DNA from: Lama guanicoe
Lineage: Eukaryota
Direction of reading: 5' to 3'
Length of the DNA: 64,000 nucleotides
Assembly (NCBI GenBank): GCA_013239625.1
Contig: PNXV01005434.1
Coordinates: 124,001 to 188,000 of the forward strand
Under the pieces are notes generated by a model. The model did not search any database, had not been told where the DNA came from, and worked only from the letters and a program-made list of their open reading frames with translations. The position numbers and the translations under genes were made by a program. Shown here piece after piece: positions 39,915 through 51,219 of this stretch (position 1 is its first letter; every line of letters begins with the position of its first letter).

Positions 39915-42405
39915 AACTTCTCCCCTCATCCACTTCTTATAACGACCCTTATCTTGGGGTTCATCTCCTGCGAGGAGCTCACCTGCACCGCTCGTGCCAT
40001 CTCTCCCTGTCTCCCTTCTGTGCTCTAGAACCTGTGCTCATCCTTGGGGTGTAGAGTGTATCTGATCTGAGTTAGAAGAGATGCTTATGTACCCACTGAC
40101 CCTGTTTCATATCCTCAAAGAAAGACATCTAATTCCTCCCAAAGACAGAGCACTATTGGTGTAACATCTTTGCCCTCCGAATTCTCCATATATTCCTTTA
40201 TCACTGACCTAAAGAGATGTGGCAAAACCAGTCTGCCACCGTCTGTGACATCCAGGACAGTCTACAGTCACTCCCTACTCACCACCGCCAGCTAAGAAGT
40301 ATTTGACTGAATGTCTGTTTGCTGCCCAGGATACACCAGGTTCATCATAGGGTCGTGGAAAGGAAACCACACGCAGTATAATGTACTCAGAGTTAAGACT
40401 TTATTGTTTGAGTTCTAATCTTGTCTCTTCTTTTCCAAGGTGTGTAATGATGAATAAATTCTGGGTTTCTTTTTCCTTTAATATAATTTAGGGTTTAAAA
40501 CTGTGCCTAACTCTTAAGAGCATTGTGTAAAACTAAATGTCACACTATGTAAAGCAACTGTTTACGTGTGTTGCACAATGTAATAAATATTTTCTCATAC
40601 AGTTACTGAAAATTATAAGCTGTGTCAGTGCCACGTGCAACAGATTTGTGCTTGTCAGTGGGACAGTCATTGACCTACATGAGTCTCGTTTTCCAGGTTC
40701 CCAGACTTGGCTGTCGAGACCACCCCAGTCCCAGCTTTGTTTTGTTAGAACTTTTCATACAGAGGCTGTTCTCTATGGGACTGTATTTAAGGCACTTTAC
40801 TGGAAATGGATCAGAAAAGTGCAAAAGTACGACTTTCTGAAGTCTGTCTAGCAGAGAGAGTCACGTTTAGGAACAGCTGTTCTTATTAAGGACAGCCTTT
40901 TGGTTTTCAGGCCTTTCCCCGGTGGTCAAACACTTGAGTAGTCCCCTGTATATGCCATTCCGTGCACTTTTCTGTTCTGTTCTTTTTCTTGGTAAGCAGT
41001 TTCAAATTCAGGGTGAAGAATAGACTTACCTGGGATAGCAAAGCAACAAACTTTTGTTAGAGAAGTGTACAGTATGAATTAGGGCAGACTGCTCTATAGT
41101 TCACATCAAATCATGGAATGTCCCAGTGGAATGAAAAAGAAAGTACGTGACCTGGATATGCTATACACATACCTAAGCACACACACATGTATGCACATGG
41201 ATAATTGTATGTGTAAGTGTATATACATAGAGTATCTTTATCCCAGTACATCTTCAAAAATATCACATAAAGAACAAATTCCTATCAGGTCATTAAAAGA
41301 ATGCGTAAACCTGTGAGGTATACCTAACATTTTACGGCTAACGGTGTAGGAGGCAAGATTAGAACTGGGACTGTGTTCAGCACAGGTGCCCATTCAGCAG
41401 CGCACTCCCCATGAAAAGGTAGGAGCCAGATTCCCTGGGGTGTGCAGTAGGAGGGAGAACCCAGGAGGTACTTAACTGCCAGAGCTGGGAGCAAAGGGGA
41501 CAAGCTTAGTTTGCCCAGATACGTCCCCATTTGTTGGGCTGCTGGTTCACACTAGGACCTGCCGTGACAGGAAGGGGCAGGAGTTCTGTCTTGGGCTCCC
41601 TCAGCCATGGTGTAGCTCGGTGTTTCCTGTTCCTGGTCAGCCCCGGCCTTTCCAGCGAGCTGAAAGGCTGCAGTGATTCTCAGAAAGGAAGTCACATCTG
41701 TTCCCCTGGTCTAGTGAGACTGCAGGGCAAACGCGGCTACAGAGAGGGTCCTTGCAGCACACGGTGGGCTCCCTGTCTCTTTTGGCATTTTCCCTTCCCA
41801 CTCTTTCCCAACCTACTTATGAGATGAGAGAAAAAGATATAATGGGCTACTTGGCCAAACAGTGTATTTCTGGTCTCTGTTTTCAGGGGTAAATGAGATG
41901 CTTGAGGGGGACAATAGGGAAGTCAGAGAGTTCTTTGACAGTTAGTAATTTACACCTGTCACTGTAATCATGTATTTCTGTGTGGCTCTCTGGGTGGATT
42001 TCTCCCATCCGGGTCTCCTTTTTTATTTATTTTTATTTACTTAATTTGTTATGGTTTGGGAACCTTAATAGTGTGACGGTTGCCCTACTCTGCAGCTTCT
42101 TTTGTGTTTACTAGTCCTCCAAGATTTCCAAGTTTAAACTCTAGGGTCTACTGCAGTTCCCCTCAAATCACTAACTGTTCATCCATCTCCCTGGGCCATA
42201 TCTGCCTCCCAGACACAGAGCTCAGCGGAGAGGTCAGGAACGAGATGGGCACGTAGGAAGAATTTCCAGAAGGGGCATCGTTGCACTTTCAGTGAAACAA
42301 AATGAGATGCCTGATTGGTTTTAACCGTGTGAAATGCTATCAGAAGTGGCATGATAATGATGTCCTGAGACCCATGAGAAGAGGAAGTTAAAATAGAAGT
42401 GACTC

Positions 42406-42640
42406 GTAGAATAGATAAACAAGATTATACTGTATAGCACAGGGAAGTATATACAAGATCTTGTGGTAGCTCACAGCAAAAAAAAAATGTGACAATGAAT
42501 ACATGTAAGTTCGTGTATAACTGAAAAATTGTGCTCTACACTGGAATTTGACACAACATTGTAAAATGACTATAACTCAATAAAAAATGTTAAAAAAAAT
42601 AAAATAAAATAAAATAAAATAAAATAAAATAAAATAAAAA
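42406..42640 (+). mobile_element. 5'-truncated young L1 3' end with (AAAAT)n tail
   Basis: tagataaacaagattatactgtatagcacaggg...acattgtaaaatgactataactcaataaaaa; TSD aaaatagaa(g/a)tgactc. Confidence 0.85.
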
Positions 42641-42958
42641 TAGAAATGACTCTTTAATCACAACTTTTGTATGAGGCGCAGATGCACCGAGACTGACTCG
42701 CTGGGGTGATAAATCCCAGTCAAAGCGTTTTTTCTTTCTTTTTCTTTTCTCCTACTCCCCTGTTCCTGAACAGATCTTACTGGATTAAGATTGACATGCT
42801 GAGCATTGCCACCTCTGCAACATCCTCTTTATACCCTTAACTGTGGCAAGTTGCTGTTTGGCACACGTCTTTTTAAACTGCACGGTTTAGTCATGTCGTT
42901 ATCATGACCGCGGTTCACCTGTGCCACCTAACACAGAATTTGAGGACTGTTTTACTTC

Positions 42959-43495
42959 TGTAGTCGTATTCGCCAGAGAAACAGAGAAGTGGAATCAATC
43001 TGAGATATATATATATCTCATATTGCATATATATACACATACATATGTACATACATATATATACATACATATATATGTATGTATATATACAGGAGATTTA
43101 TCAAGATAAATTGGCTCACATAATTATAGAAGCTGAGATGTTCCAGATCTGCCCTCTGTAAGCTGGAGGCCCAAGTAACTCAGTGTAAATCTATAAGCTT
43201 GAATATCAGGGTAGCCATGGCACAAGTCCGAGTCTAAGGACAGGAGAAGACCTGTATCCCAGCTCAAGCACGTACATGAGCAAATTCTTCCTTCTTCCAC
43301 ATTTTTGGTCTTTTCAGGTCCTCAACAACTTAGGTGATGCCCACCCACATCGGAGAAAGCAAACTGCTTTACTGAGTCCACAGTTTCAACTCTAATGTCA
43401 TCTGGAAACAAGATCCTCAGGGACACACCCAGAAAGACTGTATAATCTGGGCACCCAAAGACCAGTCTAGTTGACACATAAAATTAATCATCACA
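42959..43495 (-). mobile_element. MLT2-type (ERVL) LTR with internal (TA/CA)n, unit A copy
   Basis: ccagagaaacaga...aattggctcacataattatagaagctgag...agttgacacataaaattaatcatcaca. Paralogous to 51220-51716. Confidence 0.75.
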
Positions 43496-43817
43496 TTAAT
43501 TTTCCTGCTTTATTTTTATTATATTATGATCATAGGGATCATATATTAAATAGTATTAGATGACATTGCCCAGCAAATGATATTTCCTAAAGTCTCACCT
43601 TTTTTAGCCTATTTAGGACAAGTCTCAATTTGGCCACACTGAATCCAACTTTGGAAAGCCAGTATCAGTGTTCTAGCACTCTGTGATAGCCCCTCTATAT
43701 GGTCAGCTGAGTAATTTCAGTTTTAGAAAGCCATTTCCTGTAACATGACCTAACAGGACACAGACTGATCAGATTTACTTATTTTAGCTGGTGGACACAG
43801 GACAGGGGAGAGCATTC

Positions 43818-44544
43818 TGACACAGGAAAATGGGGCACAAGAGGATGGCCACGTTCTAGGTCCCAGGCAAGTCCCTGGAAGTGCCCCATCAGGTGAGGGT
43901 CCTTGGCTTTGCGCAAGAAAGAATTCAAGAGGAATAGTAGAGTGAAGAGCCATAGTAGAGTGAAGGTAGTTTATTCAGAGAGATGCACACTCCATAGACA
44001 GAGTGCAGGCTGTCTCAGGACAGAGAGGCCATGAGGCATGAGGGTATTTAGCTTAAGTTAAAGCAGATACACACTCCACAGACAGAGTGTGAGCCATCTC
44101 AGAAGGCAAGAGAGAGTAACCAAGCAGGTTAGGACACACAACATTCCAAAGGCAGAATGCTGGCCATCTACAGAGGGGAGAGGGGAGAGTGGCAGCCTCA
44201 GAGCAAGGGGGCGTCTAGGGGAGTGAGAGCAGCTGTGAGGTATGGGGGTTGTTGGTTTTTTGGGCTCTGCACCTTCATATGCTAACAAGTGGGAAGATTA
44301 TTCCAACTACATTGGGGAAGGGGCTGGGATTCCCAGGAACTGGGCCACAACCCACTTTTTGGCATCTTACGGTGGGCCTTGGAACTGTCATGGTGCCTGT
44401 GGGAGTGCCATTTCCCATGCTGATGTATTACAATGAGTGTATGAGGATCAAGGTGTCCTGGGAGTTGAATCTTCCGCCATCTTGGTGCTAACGGCTGTGT
44501 CATTCCTTGAATGGCTGTGCCCTGCCCTCTTCCCTCCTGTCTCA
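43818..44544 (-). mobile_element. MER41-like ERV1 solo LTR (unit A only)
   Basis: TG..CA ends (minus-strand start TGAGACAGGAGGGAAGAGGGCAGGGCAC). MER41-like blocks: atatgctaac...gattattcc, aactgtcatggtgcctgtgggagtg, cgccatcttggt. Imperfect 4-bp TSD attc/atgc. Absent at the paralogous site near 52030. Confidence 0.7.
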
Positions 44545-44819
44545 ATGCCAGTATTGCTGCCTCAGGTGGGCCCTCAGTGTGTCTTCATTGTGGTAAAGGA
44601 GAACTTCCTCTTTCTTCCTGACAGCTCCTTTGTAAGGAAACTAGGCAAGATGGATTGTGTGAAATGACATTACTTAGGTTATTCTTCAAAAGTTCTTCAA
44701 AGGATGGATTCATTTGAAGAGCCCTGAGAACAGCTGAGACAGGAATAAAAATGCAGTCCCTGGCCCACCAGGCTCAGGCACAAAAGCCTTGTCATTTCGT
44801 GGGGCCCTGTGTGGAAGCC

Positions 44820-44946
44820 TCCCATTGGTCCATAGTTTCTCTCCTCCTTTCCTGCCTGTACTCCACCCCCAAGACTTAACTTTCAGTTTTACTCAGCTCA
44901 TCTGGGAAATCCTTTTTGTGGCGCTCAGGCCCCTTGTTTGGTGAGT
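44820..44946 (+). promoter_or_regulatory. Putative promoter / exon 1 of TRIM5-like unit A
   Basis: Inverted CCAAT at 44824, ISRE-like AACTTTCAGTTTT at 44878-44890, NF-kB-like GGGAAATCCT at 44904-44913, donor TTG|GTGAGT at 44940/44941. Same layout as the TRIM34 promoter. Confidence 0.55.
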
Positions 44947-45705
44947 GAATCCTGAACACATCTGCCCAGGTTCTACCTTTAGTCTTCTCCAAGGAATCAC
45001 AACTTCTCTATTGGTCCATGGAGATCGTTGAGTGGATGTGGGAAGCAGAGTTTGCAGACTCAGATGAAACACTGAACCTGCCTGGGTGAGTCTGATTTGT
45101 TGTCAGGAAGCTATTCTAATGGGGGGAAAAGGTCTAGCTTGCAGGCTTCCTGCTAAGAGTCCTGACTGAAGATCAGTCAGGAGAGGGGAGGTCTTACTAG
45201 AAGGGGGATAAGAAGCAAAGAAAGGCTTTGTTTCTTGAAGTGACTGTTTATTTCTCCAGGGTGAATCTGCCCACATCTCCTTCCTTTTCTATAATTTTGA
45301 ACTGCGCCTTGCTCAGGACAGCCAGAATCCTTGATTTTTCAGACCTAGAAAGTTCCTTTGGTCAACAACAGGAACAAAAAACAGAGCAGTCTTTGAGTGC
45401 TAGTGGTTTCCTTTCTATCAGAGTGACAATGCAGTGTTTCTGCCTGACTCTAGATCAGTCCTCATCACCTCGGCCCGTCTGTGCTCAGGAGCCTGGTGCT
45501 GTGACAGCTGGCAGGCTCTGAGCCTCTCTGTGTTCTCTTGTCCAGACACAGGGAACCACTGCCATTCCTTAAATCACTAAGACTTATCTGCCACCCAGAA
45601 ACAGCTCAGCAGAGAGGTCAGGAGCAAGAGAAGCACATAGGAAGAATTTCTAGAAGGGACATCTGGAAGCATCTAAATTCTAATAAAAATTACCACTTAC
45701 TTAAA

Positions 45706-46342
45706 CTTTTTTTTAATTGAAGTACAGTGAGATTACAATGTTGTGTGAATTTCTGGTGTACAGCATAATAATTCAATCATATATACATATATATATATTC
45801 ATTTTCATAGTCTTTTTCATTACAGGTTACTACAAGATTTTGAATATAGTTCCCTGTGCTATACAGTAGAAACTTGCTGTTTATCTATTTTATACGCATA
45901 ATAGTTAGTAGTTAGTATCTGCAAATCTTGGACTCCCAGTTTATCCCTTCCCACCATCTTTCTTCCCTGGTAACCGTATGTTTGTTTTCTATGTCTGTGA
46001 GTCTGTTTCTGTTTTGCAAATAAGTTCATTTGTCTTTTTTTTAAGATTCCACATATAAGTGATATCATATGGTATTTTTCTTTCTCTTTCTGGCTTACTT
46101 CACTTAGAATGACAGTCTCCAGGTCCACCCAAATTGCTGCAGATGGCAATATTTTATTCTTTTTTATGGCTGAGTAGTATTCTATTGTATAAATATACCA
46201 CATCTTCTTTATCCAGTCATCTGTCGATGGACCTTTAGGTTGTTTCCATGTCTTGGCTATTGTAAATAATGCTGCTATGAACATTGTGGTGCATGTATCT
46301 TTTCAAATTAAATTCCCTCTGGACATATGCCCAAGAGTGGGA
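45706..46342 (-). mobile_element. Cetartiodactyl-type L1 3' end (unit A only)
   Basis: ORF 45859-46284(-) [41 protein letters not shown] is the L1 ORF2 C-terminus. Poly(T) at the left end. Confidence 0.9.
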
Positions 46343-46769
46343 CAGAAGACACAGTATTAGACATGGCAGCATCAGATGAGCTCTCAGAGGTGGCCCTTAC
46401 AATGGTACAGAATGTACATTATCCCCATCATCTCAGCCTTTTAAGGAACCAGATCAGATGGGGGTAAATGAAACTACAACAGATTAGATAAGCCTAGTGC
46501 TGCAAAGGATTGATTACCTTGTAACAGACCATGAGCAGCAACTTCCAGGGACCTGAAAGAGACACATTTGGACATAAGAGTCACAACTCCCTGTGAAAAA
46601 TGAGGTCTGTGTTTACCAAGTGGCATTAGAGTTCTGTATAAATTCTTCCTACCCAAATGCACTTTATGTATCAGGCTAGTTGTACTATCAATAATGTGAT
46701 CTTGAAAGGTTGCTGACCTCCGCTTTGTTGTAACCCAGTGGATTTCCCAGAAAAAACAACACACAAACA

Positions 46770-47385
46770 CACACACACTAGGAGAAGAATAAGCCAACAT
46801 TGTCTTTATAGGAAGAAAGACCCCAGGCCTGATGTTAGTCCTTTGTTCCCACACGTCTAAGCCAATCCCCAGTCCTGCACGTTTCCCTCCTCCTGCGCTC
46901 ACTCCCATCTGCTGCCTCCATTGTCTTCACCACCCGGCCCCTCATCATCGCTCCCCGGAGCCCCTGTGCAGACATCCCACCTGAGCCTCCCAGGTCCACG
47001 CTGGGTCCATCTGACAGCTCACAGCCCCAGTGCGCAGCTCGCTGTGCCCCCACTCTTCTCTGACGGGGAAACATGGGTCATGGTCCTTGCTCTTGGAAAT
47101 GGGTCCCTAAATGTTATGTAATTTAGGAAGTGTCATATTTATGTCACTGTAGCTCTTGTGCGGCCAAAGGCCAGCACTTTTCTGCTCACCAGCCACAGGG
47201 ACACTTGCGACCTCAGAACAGATGCTCTGTGTTCCAGGAACAGCTCATTTCCTCTCCCTAATGCATTTTCCCTCTCTCTCATGCCATGTTTCCTTCCTCT
47301 GCTTGAGCTTTCAGTTCAACCCTTGTGTTTACAATTTGGAATTCTTGGACAATCCCTTGTTTTCCCCCATTATTTGATTTCTGAA
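46770..47385 (+). repeat. Near-identical direct repeat, copy 1 (partner 55215-55830)
   Basis: About 430 bp identical, a short mismatched patch, then about 150 bp identical; offset 8445 bp. Confidence 0.95.
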
Positions 47386-48746
47386 CATGTACAAATTTCT
47401 AGCAGTATTTGTCACATCTGCTTTTTTGTATATATACAGGTGATTTTTTATTTACTATTAATTTTCAGGTAAATATCAAGTCCATAGTGGCTTAAAACAT
47501 CTGTTTAGAGTCACTTTTCTGATTATGAATATTAGTCCAGTTGATAGATAAGTCATTGTCAAGGATAACTAACTGAATGACCTTGCCTGATATTTTGAGC
47601 TCTTTTTCCCTCAAGACTGACATTCGTTTCATGTGTATTTCTATGTTTTTAGGTATCTGACTCATGTGACCCTATGAGTATACTTATACCATCTTCCTCC
47701 CCATCATGCTCATACACAAACATCTTTAGTCTCCTATCAATGTCTGACATATTTCCAGGCTAAGGTGAAATCACCTTTCACACATTCAACACTTCCCAGG
47801 ACCTCCCGCCTAGTCTGGATCTCTTCATTTCCACACATCCCATTGATCTGGGTATTAACTGGGTAAATGAAGTCACCTCTGTTTGCTTTTCATTGACTCA
47901 GTGGGGTAGGAGAAAGGCCTCTGAAGAAAGACCTCAAATATATTAAATTCATTCCCATTCTGTGTAGTGAAGTTACTTGATTTTTGTAAGTCACTGTCTC
48001 TATTTACACATTTGATTAAAGGTTTGCTCTTACGATGAATGCAGACACATTTTCATATATTACGTCATGATAATAAGGAAAATCATTCTAAATGTACAGC
48101 AAATGTTGGCAATGGTCACCGTGTAAATTAGTCATCAGAGCAGGTCTTTGGGATAAAAGAACAAGTAATGAGAGAGTTTACTGAAGTGTAAGAAAGCGTC
48201 ACATTGATCTGTAGGGCATCATTCCTGCTAAGAGAAGAGTAGGTTTGAAACCCCAAACACATAAGTGGTTTCAGCCTTTTAATATTGATGACTTTTTTTC
48301 TTCCTTCCTTCCTTCCTTTCTTTCTTTCTTTCTTTCTTTGCACAGGAAACACAAGCAGGATAGAAGGTGAGTCACACATGGATCTTGGTAAAAAATGAAT
48401 CAGGTCATTCTTTGTTTAGTAAATATAAATATTAAGAATAATTGCACAGATAAGGGTGGATGGAATTTGCCATGTGATATAAACCATGAACCAAGAGTGA
48501 AGTGTTTAAAAGTATCATGAAATGTCCTTTTTAACATGTCGGCAACTTCTTCCCTTTATTCTCCATGTTTTCTTTTACGTCCTTCAATAATTTGGTCTTG
48601 CCCCACCCATGATTTCTACACAGCTGGTATCAGTTTACTTCCACCTTTCTCACTCTGTCCCCTTTTAATATTCCCAAATCATGCAGGAATCTGTGAGTAC
48701 AAGAACCCTTAGAAATCAGGATGGATGAAACAGGGGAGTGGCTGGC

Positions 48747-49123
48747 ATAGCGTCAGGAATCCTGGTGAACATACATGAGGAGGTGACCTGCCCCATTTGC
48801 CTGGAGCTTCTGACAATCCAGGAGCCTTAATTGTGGCCACACGTTCTGCCAAGCCTGCATCACTGCGAACAACAAGGAGTCCAAGACTGGCACAGAAGGG
48901 GAGAGCAGCTGCCCTGTGTGCCGACTCAGTTACAGGCCTGAGAACCTGCGGCCTAACCAGCTTGTGGCTAACATAGTGGAGAGGCTCAGGGAGGTCAGGA
49001 TGAGCCCGGAGGTGGAGCACAAGGAAAATCTCTGTGCGCACCATGAAGAGAAACTCCTGCTCTTCTGTAAGGAAGATGCGAAGGTCATATGCTGGCTTTG
49101 TGAAGAGTCTCAACAGCACCGTG
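48747..49123 (+). pseudogene. TRIM5-like pseudogene (unit A): RING and truncated B-box only
   Basis: Acceptor at 48686. Start codon ATG>ATA (48747-48749). A 2-nt deletion near 48816 gives ATC CAG GAG CCT TAA. Exon cut after CACCGTG at 49123 by L1 sequence. No downstream coiled-coil or SPRY exons before unit B. Confidence 0.9.
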
Positions 49124-50005
49124 ATCTAACCGATAGAGAACTCAGAGAGATACAGCAAAACTCACTCAGGCAGTCTAAAGAGCTCAGGAATACAATTAAA
49201 GTTCTGAAGGAAAACCTTCCCAACGAGGATGAAACTCTAAAACAGAATCGAACAAATTCTGGAGCTGAAGAACACCAAAAATGGGAAGGAGAACACGTTA
49301 GAAAGCATTGAAAGTAGAGCAGACCAGATGGAGAGGGAATGCATGAGCCCGCACGTTGAAATCTAGAAATGATATGAGTAGAAGAGGAGAGAGAAATAAG
49401 ACATAAAAATGAGTTAATTTCCGAGGACTATCGGACTCTTTTAGGAAGGGCACCATTAGGGTAACGGGTATCCCAGAAGGAGCAAAGGGACAAAAGGGAG
49501 CAGAGAGATTTTAAAGAAATAATAGCTGTGAGCTCCCCAAACCTGGGGAAGGAACTGGATATACACGCCCATGCACCTGAGAGAACACTTAATGACCGCA
49601 TTGCAAAAAGGCCCTTTCCAGGACACAAGATACTAAACTTGTCAAAAGTCTGTCACAAAGTCAGTTTTAACGGCAGCAAGTGTAAACAGCATGCTCAGAT
49701 ACAAAGGAACCTCGGTTAGACCATCAGCAGATTTTTCAGCAGAAACCCAACAGGCCAGGAGGGAGTGGAACGACATTCTCAAAATAGTGAAGGGCAAAAA
49801 CCATCACCGAAGAATACGCTATCCATCAAAGGTATCATTCAGATAGGAAGGAAAAATAAAGACTTTCCCAATCAAAAGCCGAGGGAGTGGATGAACCCTA
49901 GACCCCCTCTTACAAGAGACTTGATAGAATTTTCCTACCAAAACAAAATTGCAAAAATACACAACACTTAGAGAAAAGTGTTAAGTAGACAGAACCAGAA
50001 TATTA
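49123..50005 (+). mobile_element. LINE-1/HAL1 ORF1 fragment, degenerate
   Basis: Piecewise translation: DLTDRE..., [74 protein letters not shown]. These are ORF1p coiled-coil, RRM and CTD motifs, with several frameshifts and stops. Confidence 0.88.
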
Positions 50006-50146
50006 CAAAAGCCATTATCCTTCTGTCATTGACTTACTCCTCTTGTCTCTCCCATTTCCTCTTTTTAACAATGAATGTTAATGTTTTGTTTGTTGTAAAT
50101 CTCTGCACCATCAGTATCCTTTCTCTGCCTGCCTTAATTTTCCTCT

Positions 50147-51112
50147 GCTCTGTGCACATGCAATGTTTCACTACCCACCATCACCTCAGGCATTCTGCCA
50201 CAAACATAAGAAAAAAATTTGTCTAGCGAAAGAGGTACTTGAATAAATAATGTAGGTTAAATCCCTTTTATTTTTAGAATTGTAGAAATGGAACCTATCC
50301 ATACAAAGTCAACTTTCTCAGTGTATCATATTATATCATATTCTAGAGTAAGGTCAACCAAGTAGGCTACTAAACCCATATCCAGAAAATCTTGGTTTAT
50401 AGCCTTCCCATGCCAAAAAATCCCATAGTTTTAGTATCATTCTACTAACCATCATCTCAGGAACCATAATTGTAATAATACGCTCACACTGATTACGATT
50501 TTGAATTGGCTTCAGAATAAATATACTATCTATTATCTCTGTCCTACTAAAAATACTTACTCCATGAGCCATAGAAACATCGAGCAAATTATTTTAACAC
50601 AAGCTACCATGTCGACATTCCTATAATTGCTATCATTATTAATTTAGTATATTCAAATCAATGAACAATTTCCCAAAGCATTTACTACAACAGTAACCAC
50701 CATCAAAATGGTAGCCGTTATCATAAAGTTAGGACTTTCCTCATTCCACTTGTGAGTGACCAAAGTTAAACATAATCCACGAAGAGCAGGCCTAATCCTA
50801 TGAACAGGACAAAAACTTTCAGCAATATCAGTTTATTTCAAATCTCATTATTCGTCAGCATAAGCATGATACTAACCATAGTCATATTATCCATCCTAAT
50901 CAGAGCTTGAGATGGACTTAACCAAGCCCAGCTAGGAAAAATCATAACCTATTCATCAGTTGACATATAGGATAAATGGCAGCTATTATAATATGGCATT
51001 TAACCACAATAATTCTAAACATTGATTTCCAGTGTAATAACACTCGCTCTCTATGTTATTCATGTGCAATTCCTCTACCATAATATTATCACTGGTGCGC
51101 AGGTGAAATACA
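50147..51112 (+). pseudogene. NUMT: ND1 3' end, tRNA-Ile, tRNA-Gln(-), tRNA-Met, ND2 5' part
   Basis: ND1 end tcactacccaccatcacctcaggcattctgccacaaacataa (~50209), then tRNA-Ile ~50209-50276, tRNA-Gln(-) ~50274-50345, tRNA-Met agtaaggtca...cccatatccagaaaatcttggtttatagccttcccatgcca 50347-50415. ND2-like text follows (tcacactga...tgaattggcttcagaataaatatacta; aaagttaggac...cattccacttgtgagt; ggacttaaccaagcccagctaggaaaaatcata). Canonical vertebrate mtDNA order. Confidence 0.9.
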
Positions 51113-51219
51113 CTGTTTGGCACACAGCTTTAGAAATTGCACAGTTCAGCTGAGTCATTGGATTATTCTCATAGTTCAGCCCTGTCACTTAACAGAGAAT
51201 TTTAGAAATTTTTCATTAC

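Noticed and set aside
41677..41692. GAS (TTCTCAGAA) adjacent to an ETS motif (AGGAAGT)
   Set aside because: Short motifs occur by chance in 64 kb; no independent support.
46835..47121. Identical short ORFs repeated at 55280-55566
   Set aside because: Identity reflects the DNA-level repeat, not coding constraint.
50209..50415. Three tRNA-like sequences
   Set aside because: Degenerate mitochondrial tRNA pseudogenes within the NUMT.
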